Assembly (NCBI GenBank): GCA_963715635.1 | Contig: OY970261.1 | Coordinates: forward strand, 1,920,711 to 1,984,710 | Reading direction: 5' to 3' | Source of the DNA: Candidatus Aminicenantes bacterium | GTDB lineage: Bacteria; Acidobacteriota; Aminicenantia; Aminicenantales; UBA4085 | DNA: 64,000 bases | Shown here: one piece after another, positions 38,250 through 46,896 of the stretch | Layout of the letters: the number at the start of each line of letters is the position of its first letter | How positions within the stretch are numbered: the first letter of the stretch is position 1 | The notes under the pieces: model-generated | Told to the model about the DNA's origin: nothing | Database searches by the model: none | Seen by the model: only the letters and a program-made list of their open reading frames with translations | Position numbers and translations under genes: made by a program

Positions 38250-38279
38250 GTCCCCTCCCTTCCGGTTCATGATACCTTT

Positions 38280-38308
38280 TATTTATTGGATTTTTTGGAG
38301 ATTGTCAA
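38280..38308 (-). promoter_or_regulatory. sigma70-type promoter heading the 38249->29945 three-gene cluster
   Basis: The minus strand reads TTGACA (38308-38303), a 17-nt spacer, then TAAATA (38285-38280), in an AT-rich divergent intergenic region. Confidence 0.5.
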
Positions 38309-38351
38309 TTATTAATAATCATGATATTTTTTTCCGGTGAGGAGAGAACTC

Positions 38352-39164
38352 ATGCCGCTCAAAAAAATCTTTTATCTTATTTTGGCCAGCCTCTTCTTTC
38401 TAGGATGTCCTGCCAAACATCAAAAAGAAGAGAACGCATTTACATATTTAGGAAAGCCGATCGACCCGTCGGCCATCGACGCGCTCTATAATGCCGAAAG
38501 CAAATTCCTAGACCTGCGATCGTTCAAATCAGTTATCCCTTTCGAGGAGCGGAAAGACCATCCCACTCGGATCAACTTTCCTAAAGATGCCAATACGGGA
38601 CGAACGCCTTTTTTCGACTATAATTGCCTGGCCAACGTTCAGGATAGATTTTTGTTGCTGATTCAGTACAACGGCGGCGGAACTGGATATTTTGACAACA
38701 TTCTCGTTATCAAAAAAACAGGGACTCAATTATTTTTATTAAAGACGCTGGGAGAAGGGGACCGATGCAATGGCGGAATATCCGGAGAAGGAATGGACGG
38801 CAACGATTTTCATTATTCCCGGAATCTCACTCCGATCGACATCATTCGATTGGCGATCGAGGTCAAAATCGATTTAACCGCCTACGAAGACCTGGAAGCC
38901 AGCGCCATAAGCTGCTTTGGCTTGGCTCATTATAAATACAACTTCGCCGACGATAAAATTGAGATTATGTCCGTAAGTTTGGCTGAGGAAAAGGAGGATG
39001 AAAAGGAATGGACGGACAGATATCAAGCCCAATCGTGTTTTAATAAAATCTATAATTCTTATGTGAAAGCTAAAAAAACCGAACTGAGCCTGAAGGATCT
39101 CAACGAGTTTGCCAAAACGTTCAGAGACGAATGCCTGAAAAAAACTTCGAGCGTGCTCCGTTAA
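38352..39164 (+). CDS. Hypothetical lipoprotein
   Basis: MPLKKIFYLILASLFFLGC is a lipobox LGC. A GAGGAGAG RBS precedes the ATG at 38352. GC is noticeably lower than in surrounding genes by eye. No recognisable domain. Confidence 0.65.
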   Translation: MPLKKIFYLILASLFFLGCPAKHQKEENAFTYLGKPIDPSAIDALYNAESKFLDLRSFKSVIPFEERKDHPTRINFPKDANTGRTPFFDYNCLANVQDRFLLLIQYNGGGTGYFDNILVIKKTGTQLFLLKTLGEGDRCNGGISGEGMDGNDFHYSRNLTPIDIIRLAIEVKIDLTAYEDLEASAISCFGLAHYKYNFADDKIEIMSVSLAEEKEDEKEWTDRYQAQSCFNKIYNSYVKAKKTELSLKDLNEFAKTFRDECLKKTSSVLR

Positions 39165-39240
39165 ATTAGAAGAAAGGACCGACGCTCGACGGACCCTGTC
39201 GCGCATTCCTATCGGCAGATTTGGATCGAGCGCAGATGCT

Positions 39241-39268
39241 TTGATTTTTCCTGAGAATACGATATAAT
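39241..39268 (+). promoter_or_regulatory. sigma70-type promoter for the acs-like/carrier/kbl cluster
   Basis: TTGATT (39241-39246), a 16-nt spacer, then TATAAT (39263-39268), about 37 nt upstream of the ATG at 39305. Confidence 0.55.
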
Positions 39269-39304
39269 CTTGTCCCTTTAAAATCCAATCCTAAAGGATC
39301 GTCC

Positions 39305-41008
39305 ATGTCAAATATCGGATCCTACGAAGAACGGCTCAAAAACTTCAGCTGGTCCATCTCCGAGAAGGAACTTGACTACAAACCGGGCCGGGTCATCAAC
39401 ATCGGCTGGTACTGTTCGGACCGCATCTGCCAACAGGGCAAGGGAGAGAAGCTAGCGCTCCTCTGGGAAGGCTTGGGCGGGGCCGAGAAGAAATTCACTT
39501 ATAACGATGTCCGAAGGGCGAGCAATACAATCGGCGCATTTTTGAGTGGACTGGGCATCAAGAATGAAGAGCGTGTCTGCCTTTTCATGGACAGGGTTCC
39601 CGAGCTCTATATCGGTCTGCTGGGAATCCTAAAAACGGGGGCCATCGCCCAGCCTCTCTTTTCCGCATTCGGCGATGAGTCACTCTTTGTCAGGCTGGAT
39701 AACGCCAAAACCTCCGCCATCTTCACTCAAAAAAAGCTCGCCCCCAAGGTCCGCAAGATCCTGGACAAGCTTCCCAGCCTGAAGCATATCATCATCTTGG
39801 ACTACGACGGAAAAACCCCTCTTAAAGAAAGAGAAGTCGCTTTCTCGCTGGAAAAGGCCGTTCCGGTCGATTCCTTTGATGTTTTCCCGACCACGGCCGA
39901 ATCCCCATCCCTTCTCCATTACACATCTGGAACGACCGGCCAACCCAAAGGGGTCAAACACGTCCATTACTCGCTGATATCCCAGTATTTAACGACGAAA
40001 TGGGTCCTCGACCTTCAGGACGAAGATATCTACTGGTGTACGGCCGACCCCGGCTGGGTCACCGGCACTTCCTACGGGATCATCGGCCCCTGGAGCATGG
40101 GCATCACCCAGGCCGTCCTGGACAGCGGATTTTCAACCGAGGCCTGGTACCGATTCATCGAAAAATACAAAGTCACCATGTGGTATTCGGCGCCGACGGC
40201 AATCCGCTCCCTGATGAAGGGCGGCGATGAGATCGTGAAAAAATATAACCATTCTTCCCTGCGCTATTTGGCCAGCGTCGGCGAGCCGCTGAATCCGGAA
40301 GCGGTCATTTGGTCGGAAAAAGTCTTCGGCAAGCCCTTTCACGACACTTTCTGGCAGACGGAGACCGGCTCGATCATGATTAGCAACTATCCCGGTATGA
40401 AGATTAAGCCAGGCTCCATGGGAAAACCCTTCCCCGGGATCACGGCCACGGTCGTCGACCCGAAAACCTACGAGCCTTACGGCGAGCCGGGAAAGATCGG
40501 CCTGATCGCCATCAATCCCGGCTGGCCGTCAATGATGCGGACCTATTGGAACAATGAAGAAGCCTATAAAAACAAGTTCAAAAACGGCTGGTACCTCACC
40601 GGAGATAGGGCCAGCATCGACAAAGAAGGCTACTTCTGGTTCGTGGGTCGCGACGACGATGTCATCAACACCGCCGGACACCTGGTCAGCCCATTCGAGG
40701 TCGAATCCGCCCTGCTCGAGCACCCCGCGGTTGCGGAATCCGCCGTCGTCAGCAAGCCCGACCCGCTCAATATGGAGGTCGTCAAGGCTTTTGTCACGCT
40801 CAAGCCCGGCTTTGCGGCCAGCTCGGATCTGGAGCTCGAGATCATGAACTTCATCCGGAAAAAGCTATCGCCGCTGGCCATGCCCCAGGAAATCGAATAT
40901 ATCGATTCGCTCCCCAAGACCCGGAGCGGAAAGATCATGCGCCGCATCCTCAAGGCCAAGGAATGGGGCGAAGAGATCGGCGATACCTCCACGCTGGAGA
41001 ATGATTAA
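39305..41008 (+). CDS. AMP-forming acyl/acetyl-CoA synthetase (AcsA-like adenylating enzyme)
   Basis: LHYTSGTTGQPKGV (AMP-binding motif), YWCTADPGWVTG, GYFWFVGRDDDVINTAGH and PKTRSGKIMRR. The 567-aa length and N-terminus resemble Bacillus-type AcsA. Confidence 0.85.
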   Translation: MSNIGSYEERLKNFSWSISEKELDYKPGRVINIGWYCSDRICQQGKGEKLALLWEGLGGAEKKFTYNDVRRASNTIGAFLSGLGIKNEERVCLFMDRVPELYIGLLGILKTGAIAQPLFSAFGDESLFVRLDNAKTSAIFTQKKLAPKVRKILDKLPSLKHIIILDYDGKTPLKEREVAFSLEKAVPVDSFDVFPTTAESPSLLHYTSGTTGQPKGVKHVHYSLISQYLTTKWVLDLQDEDIYWCTADPGWVTGTSYGIIGPWSMGITQAVLDSGFSTEAWYRFIEKYKVTMWYSAPTAIRSLMKGGDEIVKKYNHSSLRYLASVGEPLNPEAVIWSEKVFGKPFHDTFWQTETGSIMISNYPGMKIKPGSMGKPFPGITATVVDPKTYEPYGEPGKIGLIAINPGWPSMMRTYWNNEEAYKNKFKNGWYLTGDRASIDKEGYFWFVGRDDDVINTAGHLVSPFEVESALLEHPAVAESAVVSKPDPLNMEVVKAFVTLKPGFAASSDLELEIMNFIRKKLSPLAMPQEIEYIDSLPKTRSGKIMRRILKAKEWGEEIGDTSTLEND

Positions 41009-41032
41009 TCAATTTTAAAAAGGAGTCATATC

Positions 41033-41278
41033 ATGGAAGACCTGAAGGACGTCGTCCTCAAATACGTGAGCGAAGAGTATCTGGAAGAGGGCAGCGACCC
41101 GATCACCTACGATACACCCCTGATATCGGGTGGGATCGTGGACTCGTTTTCGATGGTCTCGCTCAAGAGGTTCCTGGAGAACAGATACAAGATCTCCATC
41201 CCCGATGGCGATGCCACGCCCGAAGCGTTCGACTCCGTGAACAAGATCGTGACGCTAGTTAAAAGATTCGTGAAATAA
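41033..41278 (+). CDS. Stand-alone phosphopantetheine-binding carrier protein (ACP/DltC-like)
   Basis: 81 aa and acidic. GGIVDSFSMVSL matches the carrier-protein GxxDS attachment motif. AAGGAG RBS. Gaps are 24 nt to the synthetase gene (41009..41032) and 30 nt to kbl (41279..41308). Confidence 0.75.
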   Translation: MEDLKDVVLKYVSEEYLEEGSDPITYDTPLISGGIVDSFSMVSLKRFLENRYKISIPDGDATPEAFDSVNKIVTLVKRFVK

Positions 41279-41308
41279 TTCTTTTGAGATCAATAAGGAG
41301 CACGAACA

Positions 41309-42556
41309 ATGGCCTACAGCGATAAAGTTCGCACCATGTACCAGGATCAACTGAAGGCAATCCAGGATGCTGGTATTTTCAAGATGGAACGTTACATCCA
41401 CTCTCCCCAGGCCGCCGATATCGACGTCGAATTCCCCGCCGGCGCCTCGCTCAAAAAAGTGATCAACATGTGCGCCAACAATTACCTCGGGCTGTCCAGC
41501 CACCCCGAGGTCGTCAAAGCCGCCCACCAGGGGCTGGATTCGCGCGGCTATGGGATGTCCTCGGTCCGCTTCATCTGCGGTACCCAGGATATCCACCGTG
41601 AATTGGAGGATCGGTTGACCAAGTTCTTGGGCACAGAGGCCACGATCCTGTTCCCTTCCTGCATGGACGCCAACGCGGGCGTATTCGAGGCGATTCTGAC
41701 AAAAGACGATGTCATGATCTCCGACCGTCTAGTCCACGCCTCTCTGATCGACGGCATCCGCCTCTGCAGCGCCATGCACGACACCTTCAAGCACTCCGAC
41801 ATGGCCCACCTCGAATCAAAGCTCCAGCTCCATGCAGATAAGCGCTTGAAGTTGGTCATCACGGACGGCGTTTTTTCAATGGACGGCGACACCGCCAAGC
41901 TGGATGAGATGGTCGCTTTGTGCGATCGGTATGACGCCATGCTGCTCGTGGACGATTCCCATTCGTCCGGTTTCATAGGAAAGACGGGGCGCGGAACGCA
42001 TGAAAAGTGCGGCGTCATGGGCAAGATTGACATCATCACAACCACCTTCGGCAAGGCCCTCGGCGGAGCGTCCGGCGGATGCGTCTCCGGTCGCAAAGAG
42101 CTCGTCGAGATGTGCCGCCAGAGAGCCCGGCCGTATCTTTTCTCCAACACGATTGCTCCCGTTGTTGTCGCGGGCGTTTTAAAGGTTTTGGAGATTCTCT
42201 CCCTGACCACAGAGCGGAGAGACAAGCTCGAGAAAAACGCCGTCTATTGGAGAAAGGGGCTGACGGATGCCGGCTTTGTCTTGAGAGAAGGCGACACGCC
42301 GATCGTGCCCGTCATGCTGTTCAACGCCAAGCTTTCCCAGGATTTCTCGCGCTCTCTCTACGATGAAGGCGTCTATGCCATCGGCTTCTTCTTCCCCGTT
42401 GTCCCCCAGGGACTGGCGAGAATCCGGACGCAGATCTCGGCCGCCCACGAAACCCATCATCTGAATCAAGCGCTCGAGGCCTTCACCAAGGTCGGGAAGA
42501 AATTCAACATCCTGGGCAAGACGAAACAAGAAATCATCGACATGTACGGGATGTAG
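41309..42556 (+). CDS. kbl: Glycine C-acetyltransferase / 2-amino-3-ketobutyrate CoA ligase (alpha-oxoamine synthase family)
   Basis: Collinear with E. coli Kbl recalled from memory, roughly 55-60% identity over the core: CANNYLGL, SVRFICGTQD, DGVFSMDGD, VDDSH, TFGKALGGASGG (PLP Lys), RPYLFSN, ARIRTQ. Confidence 0.9.
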   Translation: MAYSDKVRTMYQDQLKAIQDAGIFKMERYIHSPQAADIDVEFPAGASLKKVINMCANNYLGLSSHPEVVKAAHQGLDSRGYGMSSVRFICGTQDIHRELEDRLTKFLGTEATILFPSCMDANAGVFEAILTKDDVMISDRLVHASLIDGIRLCSAMHDTFKHSDMAHLESKLQLHADKRLKLVITDGVFSMDGDTAKLDEMVALCDRYDAMLLVDDSHSSGFIGKTGRGTHEKCGVMGKIDIITTTFGKALGGASGGCVSGRKELVEMCRQRARPYLFSNTIAPVVVAGVLKVLEILSLTTERRDKLEKNAVYWRKGLTDAGFVLREGDTPIVPVMLFNAKLSQDFSRSLYDEGVYAIGFFFPVVPQGLARIRTQISAAHETHHLNQALEAFTKVGKKFNILGKTKQEIIDMYGM

Positions 42557-42599
42557 GGCTCGCCCTGCTAATAAATTGAGGAAGCGGAAGTTTGGAAAA

Positions 42600-43769
42600 T
42601 TAATCTCTTAGCTTCGCCATGGACACCGCTCCCAGCAATGGGCCGATACCAAGGAAGACAAAGGCCCACTGCCATCCGACTTGCTGGGACAGCCAAGCAA
42701 CGAGTTGGATGGAGACGACCGTGATCCCGAAGCCCAGGCCGTTCTGGATGGTCAGGGCCGTTCCCGTATACTCGGGTGTGCAGGAGACAGCCGCCAAGGC
42801 GGAAAATTGGGGCGAATCGGAAATGACGACCAAGCCCCACAGCAGGACAGCCGGAATGAGCAAGCCGGGAGGAAGCCGAAAAAGAAATCCGGACAGGCCG
42901 CAGAATATTGTCGAAGCGATGAGTGAAGCCAGCGCAACTTTGCGCTCGCCCACATATCGGGATATCCATCCGCCCAGGATGCAGCCGAAAATTCCGATGC
43001 CGATTACCAGAAACGATGCCAGCGGAACGAAAGCCATGAATTGCGGACTGTTCTTGGAGAAACTCGCCGCAAGATAGAAAGAGACCAGAGACCAAAACGC
43101 ATAGAGCTCCCACATGTGACCGAAGTAGCCGAAGGCCTGAAGGCGGAACGTCCGGAATCGAAAAACCCGGAACGCCGCTCGTACGTCAAATCCGGGGGTC
43201 TCTTTCAAATGTGGCCCGTCGGGAATGCCGAACAGGATCAACAGCCCGCCCAAGACGGCAAGAGCCGATGCGGTTAGCAATAAAAGCCTCCAGTCAAAGC
43301 GGGCGCCGACGGCAAAAATTAAATACGGAACGGCTGTCCCCAAGGTCAGCGCCCCTACCATAACGCCCAGCCTCCATCCCAGGTTTGTGCGGAACCACTG
43401 GGCGACAATCTTCATCCCGACCGGATAGACACCGGCCAGGGTCACGCCCGTGAGAAACCTTAGCGCCAGGGCCGCGCCGAAGTTCCCAGGAATCAAGGCA
43501 AATCCGGCATTGAAAAGAGCGCCCAGAAGCGCCGAAACAAAAAAGACTTTTCGCGATTTAAAAATATCGGCCAGATTCAGGAGCGCATAGAAAAAAGTCC
43601 CGCAGATAAAACCGAGCTGGACGGATATCGTCAGCCAGGAGGACCGGACATCATCCAAGCCCCAGATTTGTTTTAACACCGGAGCCGCGGCGGTGCCGGA
43701 GAACCATGTGGAGGATGCCAGAAAGACCGCGACCGAAACGAGAAGAAGCGCCCGGTTGGAATTCGTCAT
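42600..43769 (-). CDS. MFS transporter
   Basis: 389 aa with about 12 TM helices in a two-fold repeat organisation typical of MFS. Confidence 0.8.
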   Translation of the reverse strand: MTNSNRALLLVSVAVFLASSTWFSGTAAAPVLKQIWGLDDVRSSWLTISVQLGFICGTFFYALLNLADIFKSRKVFFVSALLGALFNAGFALIPGNFGAALALRFLTGVTLAGVYPVGMKIVAQWFRTNLGWRLGVMVGALTLGTAVPYLIFAVGARFDWRLLLLTASALAVLGGLLILFGIPDGPHLKETPGFDVRAAFRVFRFRTFRLQAFGYFGHMWELYAFWSLVSFYLAASFSKNSPQFMAFVPLASFLVIGIGIFGCILGGWISRYVGERKVALASLIASTIFCGLSGFLFRLPPGLLIPAVLLWGLVVISDSPQFSALAAVSCTPEYTGTALTIQNGLGFGITVVSIQLVAWLSQQVGWQWAFVFLGIGPLLGAVSMAKLRD

Positions 43770-43899
43770 GGTCGAATCCGCGACATATGCGAGGACATAA
43801 AACCGGGCCGAGTATATCCCCGTGAGCCTTCAAAATCAATGGACCGCGTGCATTCTCTGGAAAGGCGGCCAAAAATTTTCTATAATAGGATATTCCGCC

Positions 43900-44979
43900 A
43901 TGAAGCCGTTCATAAGAAGAGCTTGTTTGCCATTGGCCGCCGGCCTGATGGCCGTTTTGGCCTGCAGTTTGTTCGCTCCTCTATCGACAGCTCAAGATCA
44001 AAGGACCATCACGGACAGCCTGTCGAGGACCGTGACGATTCCCGGCAAAGTCGAGCGGGTTCTTTCCCTCCAGTCTGAGATCACGCGGCTGATTGTCGCG
44101 TTGGGGGCGGCGGACAGGCTGGTGGGAATCGACTATTTCCTTCGCACGAACGACCGCTTGTTCAGAATTGTCTATCCTCTCGAAACTCGGCTTCCTCTCG
44201 CTTCCATGGCCGATTATAACGTCAACATGGAAACCCTCATCCGCCTGAATCCCGATATCATCTTCGGCGCTCCCGAGGACAGGCAAGTCTGCGAATCTCT
44301 TCAGGCGAAAATGAAGGTCCCGGTCATCGCCCTGGCATCGATGGGACGTTTCGATAGGCTCTTCGAAGAAACAAAACTCCTTGGAGATATCCTCGACCGC
44401 AAAGAGAAAGCCGCCGAGCTCATGGCCTATTTCAAGGAAATCCTGGGCCGTGTCCAGAACGTTGTTCTGGTTGAGCCGCCGGCGAAAAAGCCGCGCGTCT
44501 ATCTTTCGTTTTACGGCGCATTGACAAAGACCATCGTCAACTACGAGCCGGTCAGTGCGGCCGGCGGAATCAACTTGGCTCAAAATCTTCTGCCTGCCTC
44601 CCTGGGCGTGGACAAGACCGTCGTCGATGTCGAGCAGATCATCAAGTGGAACCCCGACATCATCCTGATCCACGGCAATTATCCGCCCCGAGAAAGAATC
44701 GTCACTGTCGAGAATGTCCTCCGCGACCCGAGATTGACCAGCCTCGCCGCCGTCAAGAACAAAAAAGTCTTTTATACCTTTGGCTTCTGGAACTGGTGGG
44801 ACATCGGGCAAGTGCTTGTCGAGACCTTGTATCTGGCCAAGCTGTTCTATCCTGAAAAATTCGCCGACGTTCGAATCGAGCGGGAGGGCAACAAGATCTT
44901 CAAAAAAATCTATGGCCTCGATTCCGTTTATTCCTCGCTCTGCAACATCTTGAAATGCGACGAATGGGCGCATGAATAA
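43900..44979 (+). CDS. ABC transporter periplasmic binding protein (Fe-siderophore/cobalamin/heme class, PBP cluster A-2)
   Basis: Signal peptide MKPFIRRACLPLAAGLMAVLACSLFAPLSTAQ. VERVLSLQSEITRLIVALGAADRLVGID is typical of the FecB/BtuF family. The ORF track start at 43822 is probably too far upstream. Confidence 0.8.
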   Translation: MKPFIRRACLPLAAGLMAVLACSLFAPLSTAQDQRTITDSLSRTVTIPGKVERVLSLQSEITRLIVALGAADRLVGIDYFLRTNDRLFRIVYPLETRLPLASMADYNVNMETLIRLNPDIIFGAPEDRQVCESLQAKMKVPVIALASMGRFDRLFEETKLLGDILDRKEKAAELMAYFKEILGRVQNVVLVEPPAKKPRVYLSFYGALTKTIVNYEPVSAAGGINLAQNLLPASLGVDKTVVDVEQIIKWNPDIILIHGNYPPRERIVTVENVLRDPRLTSLAAVKNKKVFYTFGFWNWWDIGQVLVETLYLAKLFYPEKFADVRIEREGNKIFKKIYGLDSVYSSLCNILKCDEWAHE

Positions 44980-45982
44980 TCAGCGATCGCGCACGCTCAG
45001 CCTCTTCGTTTACCTCCTTCCCCTGCTCATTTTTCTTCTGTCCCTCTGCGTTGGGACTGTCCACATTCCCATTAAAGATTTGTTGAAAACGCTCATCTCC
45101 CCGATCTTTCCCTCTTTGAAGCAAGGGCTCCCTGCCAACTCGCTCAATATCATCTTTAACGTCCGGATTCCGAGGCTGCTGCTGGGCTTGGCGGTCGGGG
45201 CCTCGTTATCCGTTTCCGGGGCTTCGCTTCAGGCCCTTTTCAAGAATCCCCTCGTCAATGAGTACATCCTCGGCATTTCCTCCGGAGCCGCTTTTGGCGC
45301 AGCGCTGTCGATGGTATTTTTTGGGGGAAATGTTCCGCCTCAAATTTCGGCATTTGTCTTTGCCATCATCGCCGTCCTCATCGTCCTGCTCATTGCCAGA
45401 AAATCAGACTCGCCCATCATCGCCCTTCTCCTCACCGGAGTCATTGTTTCGGCCTTTTTTTCTGCCCTTCTGTCGCTCGTAGAATTCTTGGCCAGCCCCT
45501 ATGAACTCCAGGCCTTGTTCAATTGGCTGATGGGGAACCTGTGGAAGGCAGGCTGGGCGGACCTGGCCATCTCTCTACCTCTGATAGGAGTCGGGATTCT
45601 CGTTCTCGTTCTGATGCGGTGGAGGTTAAACGTCCTATCCATGAGCGATGAGGAGGCCCGATCCCTGGGCATCAACATCCGCAAAGAAAAGTTGTTGGTG
45701 ATCTTCTTGACAGCCTTGATCACCGCTGCGGCCACGGCCGTGGCCGGCATCATCGGCTGGATCGGCCTCATCATTCCCCATCTTGTCCGGATGATGGTGG
45801 GGGTGGACAATAGAAAAGTCGTCCCGATGTCCGCCGCGCTTGGCGCCAGCTTCCTGATGGTCGCCGACAATATCACCCGGAGTTTCGCCTCCTTCGAAGT
45901 GCCCGTGGGAATTTTCACCAGCCTCATCGGCATCCCGTTCTTCATCGTCCTCCTCAGAAAATCGAAGAAGGCCTGGCTATGA
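44972..45982 (+). CDS. FecCD-family ABC permease
   Basis: Contains IRIPRLLLGLAVGASLSVSGASLQALFKNPL and a C-terminal GIPFFIVLL. Overlaps the upstream gene by 8 nt. Confidence 0.85.
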   Translation: MNNQRSRTLSLFVYLLPLLIFLLSLCVGTVHIPIKDLLKTLISPIFPSLKQGLPANSLNIIFNVRIPRLLLGLAVGASLSVSGASLQALFKNPLVNEYILGISSGAAFGAALSMVFFGGNVPPQISAFVFAIIAVLIVLLIARKSDSPIIALLLTGVIVSAFFSALLSLVEFLASPYELQALFNWLMGNLWKAGWADLAISLPLIGVGILVLVLMRWRLNVLSMSDEEARSLGINIRKEKLLVIFLTALITAAATAVAGIIGWIGLIIPHLVRMMVGVDNRKVVPMSAALGASFLMVADNITRSFASFEVPVGIFTSLIGIPFFIVLLRKSKKAWL

Positions 45983-46737
45983 GTGTCACGGTCCAGAACC
46001 TCACCTACCGTTACCGGAACTTCTCGCTCCGCATCGAACACCTTCAGTTTGAAAGCGCCAAGATGACCTCGATCGTCGGCCCCAACGGCGCGGGGAAGAC
46101 GACGTTCCTGAAATGCATCAGCGCCATCCTTCCCGCGGCCAAGGGCTCGCTGTTTATCGATGGGCGGGATATCGGCGCCATGCGGGAGAACGAACGGGCC
46201 AGGCTCCTGGCCTATGTTCCCCAAGAACACGCCTCGGCCTTCAACTACACCGTTCTGGATTTTGTCCTGATGGGGCGGGCCGCTTATCTCCCGATATTCT
46301 CCTCTCCATCCCCCGGCGACGTCACGATCGCCCAGGAAGCCCTCGAGTTTGTCTCATTGGGGCATTTTGCATCGCGGCCCTACTTCCAGCTCAGCAGCGG
46401 CGAGCGGCGGCTGGTTCTGATCGCACGGGCCCTGGCCCAGAAATCCAATATCCTCATCCTTGACGAGCCCACCTCGTTCCTCGACCCCAAGCACGAAACC
46501 GAGATCCTGGCGCTGGCTAAAAAGCTGGCCGAAGAAAAAAAGAAAACCATTATAGTCACGCTTCACAACCTGGACATGGCGGTAAAATATTCCGATGCCA
46601 TGGTCTTCATGAAAGAAGGCCGGGTGGTCGCGTTCGGAAAGCCGGACGACATTCTCGATGAGGCCCTTTTGGAGAATGTTTACGAAATCAAAATGAGCAT
46701 CATCCGGTATGACGGCCGAACATTCATCGTCAAATGA
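45979..46737 (+). CDS. ABC transporter ATP-binding protein (FecE/BtuD-like)
   Basis: Walker A GPNGAGKTT, signature LSSGERR and Walker B ILILDEP. ATGA start/stop overlap with the permease gene. Confidence 0.9.
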   Translation: MSVTVQNLTYRYRNFSLRIEHLQFESAKMTSIVGPNGAGKTTFLKCISAILPAAKGSLFIDGRDIGAMRENERARLLAYVPQEHASAFNYTVLDFVLMGRAAYLPIFSSPSPGDVTIAQEALEFVSLGHFASRPYFQLSSGERRLVLIARALAQKSNILILDEPTSFLDPKHETEILALAKKLAEEKKKTIIVTLHNLDMAVKYSDAMVFMKEGRVVAFGKPDDILDEALLENVYEIKMSIIRYDGRTFIVK

Positions 46738-46852
46738 GGGGCTCAGGGTATTCCGCTCACCCGGCCAAAAGAAAGCGGCTGACTTTACTTTTTTTATCGA
46801 TTTATGGTATTATAAACGCTGGCTCTTGCCTAACGATTCAAAAACCAATCAT

Positions 46853-46881
46853 TTGATTCTTGTGACGGGATCGTTTATAAT
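46853..46881 (+). promoter_or_regulatory. sigma70-type promoter for the DAK2-DegV fusion gene
   Basis: TTGATT (46853-46858), a 17-nt spacer, then TATAAT (46876-46881). The first candidate start codons are TTG 46891 and ATG 46897. Confidence 0.55.
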
Positions 46882-46896
46882 GAAGCGGGTTTGAAG

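Noticed and set aside
31400-39200. An impression of a lower-GC island covering the PPC repeats, the TGase-fold gene, the DUF4352-like gene and the lipoprotein gene.
   Set aside because: Spot counts of 60-nt lines ranged from 37% to 62% inside the region and 43% to 65% outside it. The signal is too noisy to assert without a computed sliding-window GC or tetranucleotide profile. Only the 38352..39164 lipoprotein gene looks consistently AT-richer.
39168-39200. GGACCGACGCTCGACGGACC downstream of the lipoprotein gene, considered as a terminator.
   Set aside because: It is a mirror repeat, not an inverted repeat, so it cannot form a hairpin.
43770-43899. Possible cobalamin or other riboswitch upstream of the BtuF/FecB-like ABC importer.
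   Set aside because: Only about 130 nt are available, no B12-box-like GCCACTG core is present, and I could not trace a conserved multi-stem structure.
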